Both the position numbers and the translations under genes were made by a program. A stretch of DNA of 64,000 nt from Planctomycetota bacterium. Its GTDB lineage: Bacteria > Planctomycetota > UBA1135 > UBA2386. This document shows, piece by piece, positions 1 through 8,774 of the stretch. The notes beneath the pieces are model-generated. The model was not told the DNA's origin. It did no database searches and worked only from the letters and a program-made list of their open reading frames with translations. The DNA is taken from assembly GCA_016872675.1 (NCBI GenBank), contig VGZG01000001.1, positions 77,182 through 141,181 on the forward strand, in the 5' to 3' direction. Numbering within the stretch: the first letter of the stretch is position 1; the number at the start of each line of letters is the position of its first letter.

Positions 1-447
1 CGCCTGACCCACAACCACCGCCTGCAGATCGCGCTGCAGCGCGGCGACGACGACGCCATGCTGGAGGAGGCGAACGCCTACTTCGCGCTGTCGCAAAAGG
101 CCGCCGACCAGGTGCGCAAGGAGATCGAGCGCACCAACAACGCCGACTACGAGCGCGACCAGATGGACCTGCTGCGCATGCTGCGCAGCGAGGAGCTCGG
201 TGTCCGCCAGCTGGTCGCTGAGGAGCACTACGCCAAGAAGCGCTTCGACCTCGCGCTCGAGCAGCTCGACCGTATCCTCGAGGCCGATCCGCGGCGCACG
301 ACCGACTACTACAACCGCGGCCGCGTGCTGCTCGAGCTCGGCCGCGCCGAACAGGCCAAGGCCGACTTCCGCCGCTTCCTCGCCGATCCGACCGTACCTA
401 GCAACAGCGACAAGGCCGCCTTCGCGTTGCAGGCGATCGGACGCTGA
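1..447 (+). CDS. TPR-like repeat protein, C-terminal part (5' end lies outside the window)
   Basis: Frame 1 is open from nt 1 to TGA 445-447. Helical-repeat sequence ([55 protein letters not shown]) looks like TPR motifs. Normal amino-acid composition. Confidence 0.6.
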   Translation, partial: RLTHNHRLQIALQRGDDDAMLEEANAYFALSQKAADQVRKEIERTNNADYERDQMDLLRMLRSEELGVRQLVAEEHYAKKRFDLALEQLDRILEADPRRTTDYYNRGRVLLELGRAEQAKADFRRFLADPTVPSNSDKAAFALQAIGR

Positions 448-449
448 CG

Positions 450-851
450 ATGGCCACCAAGGCCGACGTCCGCCTGCCGCGCGCGCGTCGGCTGCTCAAC
501 CAGCACGACTTCCGTGCCGTCTACCAGCGTGGCCAGCGCGCCGGCGGCCAGTGGCTGACGGTCGTGGCGCTGCGCCGCCGGCCGCGCGCCGGCGAGGCCG
601 CGCCGACGGAGTCGCGGCTGGGCGTGTCGGTCAGCAAGGACCACGGCGGTGCCGTGCGCCGCAACAAGCTCAAGCGCCTGCTGCGCGAAGCGTTCCGCCT
701 CGAGCGCCACCTGCTGCCGGCCGGCGTCGACGTGGTGCTGATCCCGCGGCAACGTCCCGAGAACTTCCCACTGGCGGAGCTGCGCGCCGAGGTCGCCCGC
801 CTCGTGCCCAAGGCGCTACAGGGCGGCGAGCGCCGCCGGCCACGGCCATGA
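450..851 (+). CDS. rnpA: Ribonuclease P protein component
   Basis: About 130 aa and basic. Has the RNase P protein hallmark [18 protein letters not shown] overlap with yidD, the classic rnpA-yidD arrangement. Confidence 0.9.
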   Translation: MATKADVRLPRARRLLNQHDFRAVYQRGQRAGGQWLTVVALRRRPRAGEAAPTESRLGVSVSKDHGGAVRRNKLKRLLREAFRLERHLLPAGVDVVLIPRQRPENFPLAELRAEVARLVPKALQGGERRRPRP

Positions 852-1078
852 GGTGGCTGCTGATGCTGCCGGTGCTGCTGTACCGGCTGCTGATCGGCTG
901 GTGGAAGCCGGCGACGTGCCGCTTCCATCCGACCTGCTCGCAGTACGCGCTCGACGCTTTGCGCGCGCACGGGGCGCTGCGCGGCAGCTGGCTCACCGCG
1001 CGCCGACTGCTGCGCTGCCATCCGTTCACCGAGGCCGGCTTCGACCCGGTGCCGGAGCGGCGACCGCCGGCGCAGTGA
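848..1078 (+). CDS. yidD: Membrane protein insertion efficiency factor YidD
   Basis: Internal ATG at 848 of ORF 200..1078. Product [60 protein letters not shown] matches the YidD signature (C-R-F-x-P-x-C-S-x-Y ... RCHP). Confidence 0.9.
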   Translation: MRWLLMLPVLLYRLLIGWWKPATCRFHPTCSQYALDALRAHGALRGSWLTARRLLRCHPFTEAGFDPVPERRPPAQ

Positions 1079-1117
1079 ATCCACGCCGGGTCGCGCCCGA
1101 CGGCGCCGCGACGCCGG

Positions 1118-2245
1118 CTACTTGCCGGCGCCGTCCGCCGTCATCTCGGCGAGCAGCTGGTCGACGGCCGTGTCCATCGCCTCGCCGCGCACGTTCATGA
1201 AGCGGATCACGCCCTTGTGGTCGACGACGTAGATCGTCGGCCAGCCGCGCACGTTCCACTTGCCCGAGATCGGGCCCTGCGTGCCCTTGGGGCCGTTCCA
1301 GAACGAACGCCAACTGACGCCGTTCTGCGCCTTCTCCGATTCGTAGTAGACCTTGTCGGCGTCACTGTTCACGCCGAGCAGGGCGAAGGGCTTGTCCTTC
1401 AGACGTTCCACGAGCGACCGCTCGTGCGGGATCATGGCCCGGCAGGGGCCTCACCAGAATCCCCAGTAGTCGAGGACGACGACCTTGCCACGGTAGTCGG
1501 ACAGCGCGAACTCCACGCCGTCCATGTCCTCGCCGCGGATGTCGGGGACCTCCATGCCGATCTGCAGGCGCTCCTTCTGGAAGCGCGGCGCGGCGATGCG
1601 GTCGGCGAGCTCGGTGCCGGCGGCGAGCTTCTCGGCCGCGGCCAGCAGGCCCTCGGCCTCCGCCTTCTGTTCGTCGGTCGGCTTGCCGCGCTGCAGCAGG
1701 ATCGCGCGCCAGTACTTGGCCCACGCCGTGGCGATGCCGTCGCCGTTCGCCGTCTCGACCTTGCCGAGCAGCGCCTTCGCCGGCTCGGTGCCGAGCGCGC
1801 TGAACAGCCCCATCGGCGACGCCAGCACGGTCAGCATCGAAGGGTCGGTGAGGTAGCTGCGCTCGAGCCGCTCGGCGGCCGCGGCGGCGACCTCCTTGTC
1901 GGCGACAAGCGCCGTCGCAGCGTAGGCGGCGAACCGGCCGCCGTGAGCGCCGTGCTGGTCGGCGAGCGCGAGCGCGCGCAGGCCGAGCGCCTTGGCGTCG
2001 GCGCGCTTGGCCTTGGCCATCAGCGCGCGGGCCGTGTCGTTGTCCTTGGCGTCGCGAGCGGCCTTGTACTCGGCCGAATCGGCGACCTGCTTCATCGCCG
2101 CGCGGGCGGCTGCCTGTTCGGCGGTCCACTCCGCGACCAGCATGTCGTACGCGGCCTTGGCTGCCGCGGCCGCGTCGCCGCCGGCCTGCGCCGGCAGCCA
2201 CGCGCCGAGCGCCAGGAGCGCTAGCGGGGTCAGGATCCTGTTCAT
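1118..2245 (-). CDS. Secreted TlpA/ResA-like thiol:disulfide oxidoreductase with in-frame TGA (1451-1453) at the first CxxC position; predicted selenoprotein (UGPC)
   Basis: ORFs 1451..2317(-) and 1118..1435(-) share one frame, separated only by the TGA. The joined sequence reads GKVVVLDYWGFW-TGA-GPCRAMIPHERSLVERL...LGVNSD...GWPTIYVVDHKG. Start ATG 2245 (MNRILTPLALLALGAWLPAQA, signal peptide) is preceded by GAGGA. Natural stop is TAG 1118-1120. Confidence 0.72.
1409..1450 (-). promoter_or_regulatory. Candidate bacterial SECIS element (two hairpins just 3' of the in-frame UGA)
   Basis: On the mRNA strand: UGA GGCCC-CUGCC-GGGCC (1436-1450), then AUGAUCCCG, then CACGAGC-GGUC-GCUCGUG (1409-1426). 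The second is a perfect 7-bp stem whose 4-nt loop contains G-U, beginning 24 nt after the UGA. Confidence 0.45.
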
Positions 2246-2309
2246 GGTGTCCTCGCCGGATCGCGCCGGTGCGCTGCCGACGGTTCGCCGACCCCGCGAA
2301 CGTACCGGT

Positions 2310-3224
2310 TCAGCCACCGGCGGCGCGACCAGCGAGCTGTCCCAAAAGCGCGACCAGGCTGAGCACGTCGAGGCGGTTGTGCTCCAGCACGCGGTCGACC
2401 GGGCCGGTGCGGTCGCGGACCCACGACAGGAACGCCGCCGGCGCCTCGCTGCCGGGCAGGTCGTCCTCGCGGCGCAGGCCGAACAGCCGGTCTTCGACGG
2501 TCTTCAGCTTGGTGTCCGGCCATTCCTTGGCGTGGCGCCGGCGCACGATGTGGAACAGGTCGAGGTGGCGCGCGGTCAGCACCGGCGCCTTCACCTTGTG
2601 CACCGCCATGCGCGCGGCGATGCGGTGGCGGTCGAAGCTCTTGCCGACGAACGTCACCGGCACCGGGAACTCGCGCATGCGCGCCGCGACGTGCGCCAGC
2701 ATCGCCGGCTCCTCGCCGAAGTCGCGCAGGAACAGCTGCTCGACGCAGACGTCGTCGCCATCCAGGAAGCCGAGGCCGTAGGCGAACACCACGGTGCCAG
2801 CGCCGCCCTGCAGTCCCGTCGTCTCGGTGTCGAGGAACAGGCACTCGCGCGGCGACAGCGTCGCGAACGCCGGCTCCTTGGCGAGCGTGGCCAGCCGTTC
2901 GCCGTCGAGCGCGGTGACGGCAGCGAGCGGCGCGCGCCCGTGTGCCGACGCCAACGGATAGCGCAGCAGCCGCCGCCAGATCGACCCCAGCGGCGTCGCC
3001 AGTTCCTCGCCCGGCGGCAATTCGACGACCGGCCGCGGCGGCGCACGGAACGCCTCCAAGCGCCGCTGCAGGAACGCGCGCGTCGCCGCCGCCGAAGACG
3101 ACACCGCCGCGCCGCCATCGCCGGCCGGAGTCGGCAGCGGGTACGGGGCCGCGACGACGTCGTCCGTCGCCGCCTTGGCGACGCGGAACGAGCGCCGCAG
3201 CTTGTCACGCTCCGGCGAGACCAT
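2310..3224 (-). CDS. RNase H-like 3'-5' exonuclease, YprB/MrfB-like
   Basis: Contains LFLDTETTGL (DEDD-type Exo I motif) and further RNase-H-fold-like blocks (FVGKSFDRHRI, LEHNRLDVLSL). Sits directly downstream of, and overlaps, the DUF1998 helicase as in B. subtilis yprA-yprB. Start taken at ATG 3224 (MVSPERD); the upstream ATG 3275 is also possible. Confidence 0.7.
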   Translation of the reverse strand: MVSPERDKLRRSFRVAKAATDDVVAAPYPLPTPAGDGGAAVSSSAAATRAFLQRRLEAFRAPPRPVVELPPGEELATPLGSIWRRLLRYPLASAHGRAPLAAVTALDGERLATLAKEPAFATLSPRECLFLDTETTGLQGGAGTVVFAYGLGFLDGDDVCVEQLFLRDFGEEPAMLAHVAARMREFPVPVTFVGKSFDRHRIAARMAVHKVKAPVLTARHLDLFHIVRRRHAKEWPDTKLKTVEDRLFGLRREDDLPGSEAPAAFLSWVRDRTGPVDRVLEHNRLDVLSLVALLGQLAGRAAGG

Positions 3225-5550
3225 GCGCCTCCGCGTCGTCGCCCGCACCGGCGCTGGCTGCGCCCGCCACGGCATCGTCCAGCATCGCCTGCAGGATCGT
3301 CACCGCCACCGGCTTGCTGCGCACGCCGAGGCTCGCCTGCGGGCCGACACAGCTCGGGCAGCCGCTGCGGCAGTGGCACTGCCGCGCCAACTGCAGCGCG
3401 GCGGCGAGGATCTCGCGGTGCACGCGGAAGATGCGCTCGGCGAGACCGACGCCGTTGGGGATGCGGTCGTAGAGGATCAGCGCTGGCGCCTGGAAGTGCG
3501 GATGCAGCGCCTCGGCGAGCACCTTCACGTCGCCGGGATCGACGCGCACGAACAGCGGCACGAGACCTTGCAGCAGTTCGCCGACGCCCTGCAGGCAACT
3601 GGCCTCGCCGCCCTTCTGCAGGCCCAGCCGCGCGACCAGCTCGGGCCGCAGCACCAGCGCGCACGCCTCGGTCTCGAACTCCTCCGGCGGCAGATGGATC
3701 TCGCCGATGCCGACGTTCTCGCGCGTGTAGAACTTGATCTTCTTGAACGCCTTGGCGAGCGTGCTGACGTGCACCTCGCCGCGGTGCGCGACGTAGGCGG
3801 CGCGCGGCTCCTCTTCGTCGAGGTGCAGCACCTTGACCTCGGTCTCGGTGTCGGCCTCGGTGTAGTAGTCGGCGTCGATACGGCGCACGAACGCGCGGCG
3901 GTCGTCGTAGTCGAAGCGCTCGACCAGCCACGTGTCGCCCTGGTGGCCGTAGATCGCGCCCTGGTAGACCTCGGTGATCGCCGACGGGCGGTCGATCTCG
4001 GCGAGGATCGCCTTCGACTCGACGTCCTGGATGGTGACGTTGTCCATGTCGGCGGCGGTCAGCGACACGCCCTCCGCCGGGTAGGTGCGGTCGGCGTAGT
4101 GCCAGCGACCGCCCTGGTGCACCAGCACGCCGAGGTCGTGCGTCAGGAAGTCGAGCACGTCGCGCGTGCCCGCGGCCTGGCCGAAGTCCTCGCCCTCGTC
4201 GAACGGCAACTCGAACGCCGCGCAGCGCACGTGGTTGGTGCGGATGATCGGGTTGTCCGGGTCGATGCTGACGGCGTCGCGCGGCGCGTCGAACAGGTAG
4301 CCCGGGTGCTGCATCAGGTACTGATCCATCGCCGCGCTGCGGGCGATGAAGACACAGGCGCTTTCCTGCGTGCGGCGGCCGACGCGGCCGGCGCGCTGGA
4401 ACGTGCTGGAGACGGTGCCCGGGTAGCCGACGAGCACGCAGACGTCGAGGCTGCCGATGTCGACGCCGAGTTCGAGCGCGTTGGTCGACACCACCGTGCG
4501 GATCGCGCCGCTGCGCAGGCCCTTCTCGATCGAGCGCCGCAGGTTGGGCAGGTAGCCGCCGCGGTAGCCGGCGACCTTGTCCTGGTCGATCTGCTTGCGC
4601 CGCGCGTCGTCGCGCAGGTACTTCAGCAGCACCTCGGTCTGGTTGCGCGAGCGCGCGAAGAAGATCGACTGCAACTCGCTGGCGAGCAGCATGCCGCCGA
4701 GCTGCCGCGCCGCCTCGCTCGCCGGCACGCGCAGGCCGGAGACCGCCGAAACCACCTTGGGGTTGAGGAAGACGTAGTGCTTGCGGCCGCGCGGGCTGCC
4801 GTCCTGGTCGACGACGCGCACCGGCTTCTCGAACAGCTTGCGGCCGTGCTCGCCGGCGTTGCTGATCGTCGCCGAGGCGCCGCAGAACACCGGATCGCTG
4901 CCGTAGTGGCGGCAGATGCGCTGCAGGCGGCGCAGCACGTTGGCGACGTGGCTGCCGTAGATGCCCGACAGCGTGTGCAGTTCGTCGACGACGACGTAGC
5001 GCAGGCCGGTGAACAGGCCCTGCCACTTGGTGTGGTTCGGCAGGATGCCCTGGTGCAGCATGTGCGGATTGGTCAGCACCATCACGCCGTGCTCGCGCAG
5101 GGCCTGCCGCACCTGCGGCGGCGTGTCGCCGTCGTAGACCGCGACGGTGAGGTCGCTGCGGCCGGTCGCGGCCAGCAGCTTCTCCAGGTCGGCCATCTGG
5201 TCGCGGGCCAGCGCCTTGGTCGGGTACAGGTAGAGGGCGCGGGCGTCGAGGCCTTCGCGCAGCACGGCGTCGAGCACCGGCAGGTGGTACGCGAGCGACT
5301 TGCCCGAGGCCGTCGACGTCGCGATGACCGCGTGCTTGCGCTCGTGCAGCAGGTCGGCGCACTCGCGCTGGTGGCCGTACAGTTCGACGATGCCGCGCGC
5401 GTGCAGCGCGTCGACCATCGCCGGGTGCAGCCACTCGGGGAACGGCTGCATCGCCGCCGGCCGCGCCGGCTGCACGTGCACCGCGTCGACCATGCCCGGC
5501 GACTCGTCGCCGCCGGCGCGCAGTCGCTGCAGGAACTGGCTCAGGTCCAT
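3205..5550 (-). CDS. DEAD/DEAH-box helicase with C-terminal DUF1998/MZB zinc domain (YprA/MrfA-, Hrq1-like)
   Basis: Start ATG 5550 (MDLSQFL) with GGAGG 7 nt upstream. Motifs: I ATSTASGKSLAY, II VVVDELH, SAT (GASAT), VI QRAGRVGRR. C-terminal Cys cluster CHCRSGCPSCVGP. The N-terminal 271 aa of ORF 3205..6366 are an R/A-rich shadow of the DPP gene. Confidence 0.9.
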   Translation of the reverse strand: MDLSQFLQRLRAGGDESPGMVDAVHVQPARPAAMQPFPEWLHPAMVDALHARGIVELYGHQRECADLLHERKHAVIATSTASGKSLAYHLPVLDAVLREGLDARALYLYPTKALARDQMADLEKLLAATGRSDLTVAVYDGDTPPQVRQALREHGVMVLTNPHMLHQGILPNHTKWQGLFTGLRYVVVDELHTLSGIYGSHVANVLRRLQRICRHYGSDPVFCGASATISNAGEHGRKLFEKPVRVVDQDGSPRGRKHYVFLNPKVVSAVSGLRVPASEAARQLGGMLLASELQSIFFARSRNQTEVLLKYLRDDARRKQIDQDKVAGYRGGYLPNLRRSIEKGLRSGAIRTVVSTNALELGVDIGSLDVCVLVGYPGTVSSTFQRAGRVGRRTQESACVFIARSAAMDQYLMQHPGYLFDAPRDAVSIDPDNPIIRTNHVRCAAFELPFDEGEDFGQAAGTRDVLDFLTHDLGVLVHQGGRWHYADRTYPAEGVSLTAADMDNVTIQDVESKAILAEIDRPSAITEVYQGAIYGHQGDTWLVERFDYDDRRAFVRRIDADYYTEADTETEVKVLHLDEEEPRAAYVAHRGEVHVSTLAKAFKKIKFYTRENVGIGEIHLPPEEFETEACALVLRPELVARLGLQKGGEASCLQGVGELLQGLVPLFVRVDPGDVKVLAEALHPHFQAPALILYDRIPNGVGLAERIFRVHREILAAALQLARQCHCRSGCPSCVGPQASLGVRSKPVAVTILQAMLDDAVAGAASAGAGDDAEAHGLAGA

Positions 5551-5669
5551 GCGTGGACCTCCGCTCGGTGACCGCCCATGGCCGCGCAGGCTAGCGGCGA
5601 CCCGAACGAAAGCCAAACATCCTGCCGCGGCGAGGCTGGCCAGCCGAGGCCGACCCGGTTCGCCGCCGG

Positions 5670-7955
5670 TCAGCGCGGCCCGGCCGGCACCCGCCGCTGC
5701 AGGAAGTCGGCGAGCGCGTCGTAGAGGTGCGCGCGGGTGCCAGCGCCCTCGTGGATCGAGTGGCTGCGGTTGGGATAGGCCAGGAACTCGAAGCGCTTGC
5801 CGTGCCGGACCAGCGCGTCGACCAGCCGTTCGCTGTTCTGGTAGTGCACGTTGTCGTCGGCGGTGCCGTGCACCAGCAGCAGGCTCGCCTGCAGGTTCGA
5901 TGCGTGCGTGATCGGCGAGCACTCGCGATAGACCTCGGGCACGCGCCGCGGATCGCCGCAGTACCGCTCCTGGTAGATCGTGTCGTAGAGCGCGATGTCG
6001 GTGACCGGCGCCACCGACATGCCGGCGGCGAACAGATCGGGACAGCGGAAGAGCAGGTTGAGCGTCATCGCGCCGCCGCCCGACCACCCCCACACCGCCT
6101 GGCGCGACGGGTCCATCCACGCGTGCTGCGCGCGCAGCTTCGTCACCGCCGTCTGCCAGTCGGCCGTGCTGACGACGCCGAGCTGCTGGTACAGCGCCTT
6201 GCGCCAGTCGCGGCCCTTGGGCGCTGGCGTGCCGCGCGCATCGAGCGACATCACCAGATAACCGCGCTGCGTCAGCCAGCGGTGGAACAGGTGATGGCCG
6301 AGCGACCACGTGTCCTTGACCGTCTGCGACCACGGCTCGCCGTAGACGTGGAACAGCGTCGGCCACTGCTTCTGCGGATCGAATCCCGCGGGGTACATCG
6401 CCCAGCCGTCGAGCACGACGCCGCCGCCGAGATCGACCGTGAAGAACTCATTGCGGCCCTTCTGCACCGCGGCGTAGCGGGCCCGCAGCGCCTGGTTGTC
6501 GACCAGCGTGCGCGCCACCTCGCCCGACGGCAGCCGCACGACCTCGATCGTCGGCGGCACGTCGAACGACGAGCGCGTGCGGATCGCCAGCGAACCATCG
6601 GGGCTGACCTGGTGCTCGTGCCAGCCGTCGGCGGGTCCGTTGAAGCCCTCGGTGGCGCCGATGCCGACGCCGCGCAGGCCCTTCCTGGCGCCGTGGTCGC
6701 TGGCGGCGACGTAGAGTTGCTCGCGCGCGAGGTCGACGTGCGCGACCTCGATGACGTCGAAGCCCGCGGTCAGCGGCAGGTGCGTCACCAGCACCTGCTT
6801 GCCGCGCGTGTCCCAGACGATCGTGCCGGCCTGCCGCCAGCGCTTCTGGCCCGGCTGCGCGAACGCCGTGTCGCTGGTCCAGAAGAAGCGCTCGCCACCG
6901 TCGCACCACGCGAAGTCGTCGCGCACGTCGACGTAGGCTTCATCCTTCTCTTCGTGCACGACGCGCGCAGCGCCGGTGGCGACGTCGCAGGCGAGCACGC
7001 GCAGCTCGTTCTGCGCGCGCGGCAGCCACTGCACCATGAGTTCCTTGCCCTGCGGGTGCCACGCCATGCGCGGCAGGTAGGTCTCGCGCGGATCGCCGGG
7101 CGTCTGCATCCAGGTGATCGCGCCACCCTTCGCCGACACGACGCCGACGCGGCAGGCCGAGTTGGTCGTGCCGGCCTTCGGATACTGCACCGGCAGCGTG
7201 CGCGCGTAGCGATCGGCGAGGTTGTCGATCATCAGGAACTCGCCGACGCCGCTGCAGTCGAGCTGCCAGAAGGCGATCGCGCTGCCGTCCGGGCTCCAGC
7301 GGAAGCCGTCGCGGCAGTCGAACTCCTCCTCGTACACCCAGTCGAACGTGCCGTGGATCCGCGTGCGCGAGCCCTGGTCCGTCAGCCGCGTGCGCGCGCC
7401 GGTGACCGCGTTCTCGACCCAGAGGTCGTTGCCGCTGACGTACGCGACGCGGCTGCCGTCAGGCGACCACTTGGCGAACTGCAGCGAACCCTTCGACAGG
7501 TCGCCGCCCAGGCGCGCCGGCGGCCGACTGCCGTCGAGCGCGAGCACGTAGTACTCGCCGCGCGTGTTCTGCCGCCAGACGCGCTCGCTCTCGGTGAACA
7601 CCAGCAGCCGCGCGCCGTCCGGCGCAAAGGCGTAGTCCTCGACGACGATCGCCTGCTTGCCCGCGCGCGCGAGCCGCGCGGCGCCGACCAGCACGGAGCG
7701 GGCGCCGGTGACCGCGTCGTAGCGAACCAACTCCAGCGTCGCGCCGTCAGCGCCGGGTTCGAGCGTCGCGTAGTGCGCGCCGTCGAGCCAGCGCGCCGGA
7801 CCGAAGCGCGCCGCCGCGAACTCGCCGCCACCGACGCGCTTGGCGTCGAGCAGCGACGGATCGCCTTGCGCAGTCAGCGCGGCGAGCAGGAATGGAACGA
7901 ACGCGAGACGGCAGGGCACGGTCACCATGGCGCGCATGCTAAGCGCCGCGACCAC
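5670..7955 (-). CDS. Dipeptidyl-peptidase IV / prolyl oligopeptidase family S9 serine peptidase (secreted)
   Basis: N-terminal signal-like segment, then a beta-propeller DPPIV_N-like region (WSPDGS repeated). C-terminal alpha/beta hydrolase with nucleophile elbow GWSGGG and HGTADDNVH. The start may instead be ATG 7937 or 7928. Confidence 0.9.
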   Translation of the reverse strand: MVAALSMRAMVTVPCRLAFVPFLLAALTAQGDPSLLDAKRVGGGEFAAARFGPARWLDGAHYATLEPGADGATLELVRYDAVTGARSVLVGAARLARAGKQAIVVEDYAFAPDGARLLVFTESERVWRQNTRGEYYVLALDGSRPPARLGGDLSKGSLQFAKWSPDGSRVAYVSGNDLWVENAVTGARTRLTDQGSRTRIHGTFDWVYEEEFDCRDGFRWSPDGSAIAFWQLDCSGVGEFLMIDNLADRYARTLPVQYPKAGTTNSACRVGVVSAKGGAITWMQTPGDPRETYLPRMAWHPQGKELMVQWLPRAQNELRVLACDVATGAARVVHEEKDEAYVDVRDDFAWCDGGERFFWTSDTAFAQPGQKRWRQAGTIVWDTRGKQVLVTHLPLTAGFDVIEVAHVDLAREQLYVAASDHGARKGLRGVGIGATEGFNGPADGWHEHQVSPDGSLAIRTRSSFDVPPTIEVVRLPSGEVARTLVDNQALRARYAAVQKGRNEFFTVDLGGGVVLDGWAMYPAGFDPQKQWPTLFHVYGEPWSQTVKDTWSLGHHLFHRWLTQRGYLVMSLDARGTPAPKGRDWRKALYQQLGVVSTADWQTAVTKLRAQHAWMDPSRQAVWGWSGGGAMTLNLLFRCPDLFAAGMSVAPVTDIALYDTIYQERYCGDPRRVPEVYRECSPITHASNLQASLLLVHGTADDNVHYQNSERLVDALVRHGKRFEFLAYPNRSHSIHEGAGTRAHLYDALADFLQRRVPAGPR

Positions 7956-7992
7956 CGCGCCAGTGCGCGCGTTCGGGATCCTGCGCGCGGCG

Positions 7993-8628
7993 TCAGTCCG
8001 CGGCAGTCGTCGCGTCGACCACCGCCGCGTCGGCGGCGGCGATCGATGCCGGGGTCACCGCGACCATGCGTTCGACCAGCGCAACGACCGCCGACCACGC
8101 CGCGGAGTCGCCTTGCTGGCGGGCCAACTGCGCTGCCGCCGCGACGAAGCGCGCCGCCGGCACACCTTCGCCGGCGCGCTGCAGCACCCACAGGGCGGCG
8201 CGCTGGTGGCAGGCGTAGGCTTGCGCCAACCGCAATGCGGCGCGCGCGTCGTCGGCGGTGCGCAGCGCCGGCAGTCGCGCCAAGAGTTCGGCCTCGTCGC
8301 CGCGCCGCTCGCGGCGCAACCGCATCGGCAGCAGAACGCGGGCGACGCAGTCGACGACCAGCATGCCGCGCGCGCGTTCGACGGCGGCCGTCGCGCGCGT
8401 GCCGACCAGGATCGGCACCAGCGGCCGCAGGAAGCGGTCGCGCTGCGCGTCGGTCATCGCATCGTTGCTGGCGCGCACGAGCGCGCCGAGCACCGGGCAG
8501 GCGCAACCCGGTTCGTCGGTGTGCGCTTCGCCGGCGAGCCACGCCACCATCTCCATGGCGCAGACACCGTCATCGCGGGTCGGGTGCGCGCCGGCGCGCA
8601 AAGGCACATGTTCGATCGAACGCTGCAT
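7993..8628 (-). CDS. Hypothetical protein (conserved-looking, unknown function)
   Basis: 211-aa ORF with balanced composition. Cys-containing N-terminal block GVCAMEMVAWLAGEAHTDEPGCACPVLGALVRASND. No recognisable catalytic motif. Confidence 0.5.
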   Translation of the reverse strand: MQRSIEHVPLRAGAHPTRDDGVCAMEMVAWLAGEAHTDEPGCACPVLGALVRASNDAMTDAQRDRFLRPLVPILVGTRATAAVERARGMLVVDCVARVLLPMRLRRERRGDEAELLARLPALRTADDARAALRLAQAYACHQRAALWVLQRAGEGVPAARFVAAAAQLARQQGDSAAWSAVVALVERMVAVTPASIAAADAAVVDATTAAD

Positions 8629-8774
8629 TGGAAGAAACGCCGCGTTGGCGGCGCCGGAAGGGGAAAGCCGTGCAAGCCTACCTCGCCCGCGCGGCTGCGG
8701 CGGCCAAGCGGGATTGCGCTATTCCGTGCCCGCATCGTCGCGCCGATGCCATCGACGCCTCGCACTGCCCCGCG

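Noticed and set aside
1079-1117. Possible bidirectional terminator between the convergent yidD and selenoprotein genes (CGCCGGGTCG-CGCC-CGACGGCG)
   Set aside because: The stem is imperfect (bulged), there is no U-tract on either strand, and the background is very GC-rich, where such pairings arise by chance.
1118-1435. Stand-alone 105-aa ORF starting MIPHERSLVERL
   Set aside because: It is the C-terminal two thirds of a thioredoxin fold without its active-site N-terminus. It is in frame with the upstream ORF across a single TGA, so it is merged into the predicted selenoprotein gene. The pseudogene alternative is kept as the refutation condition.
2654-5434. 926-aa minus-strand ORF overlapping the helicase gene in another frame
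   Set aside because: It is an alternative frame of a gene whose own frame carries all SF2 helicase motifs. The product is a poly-Arg/Pro/Ala string.
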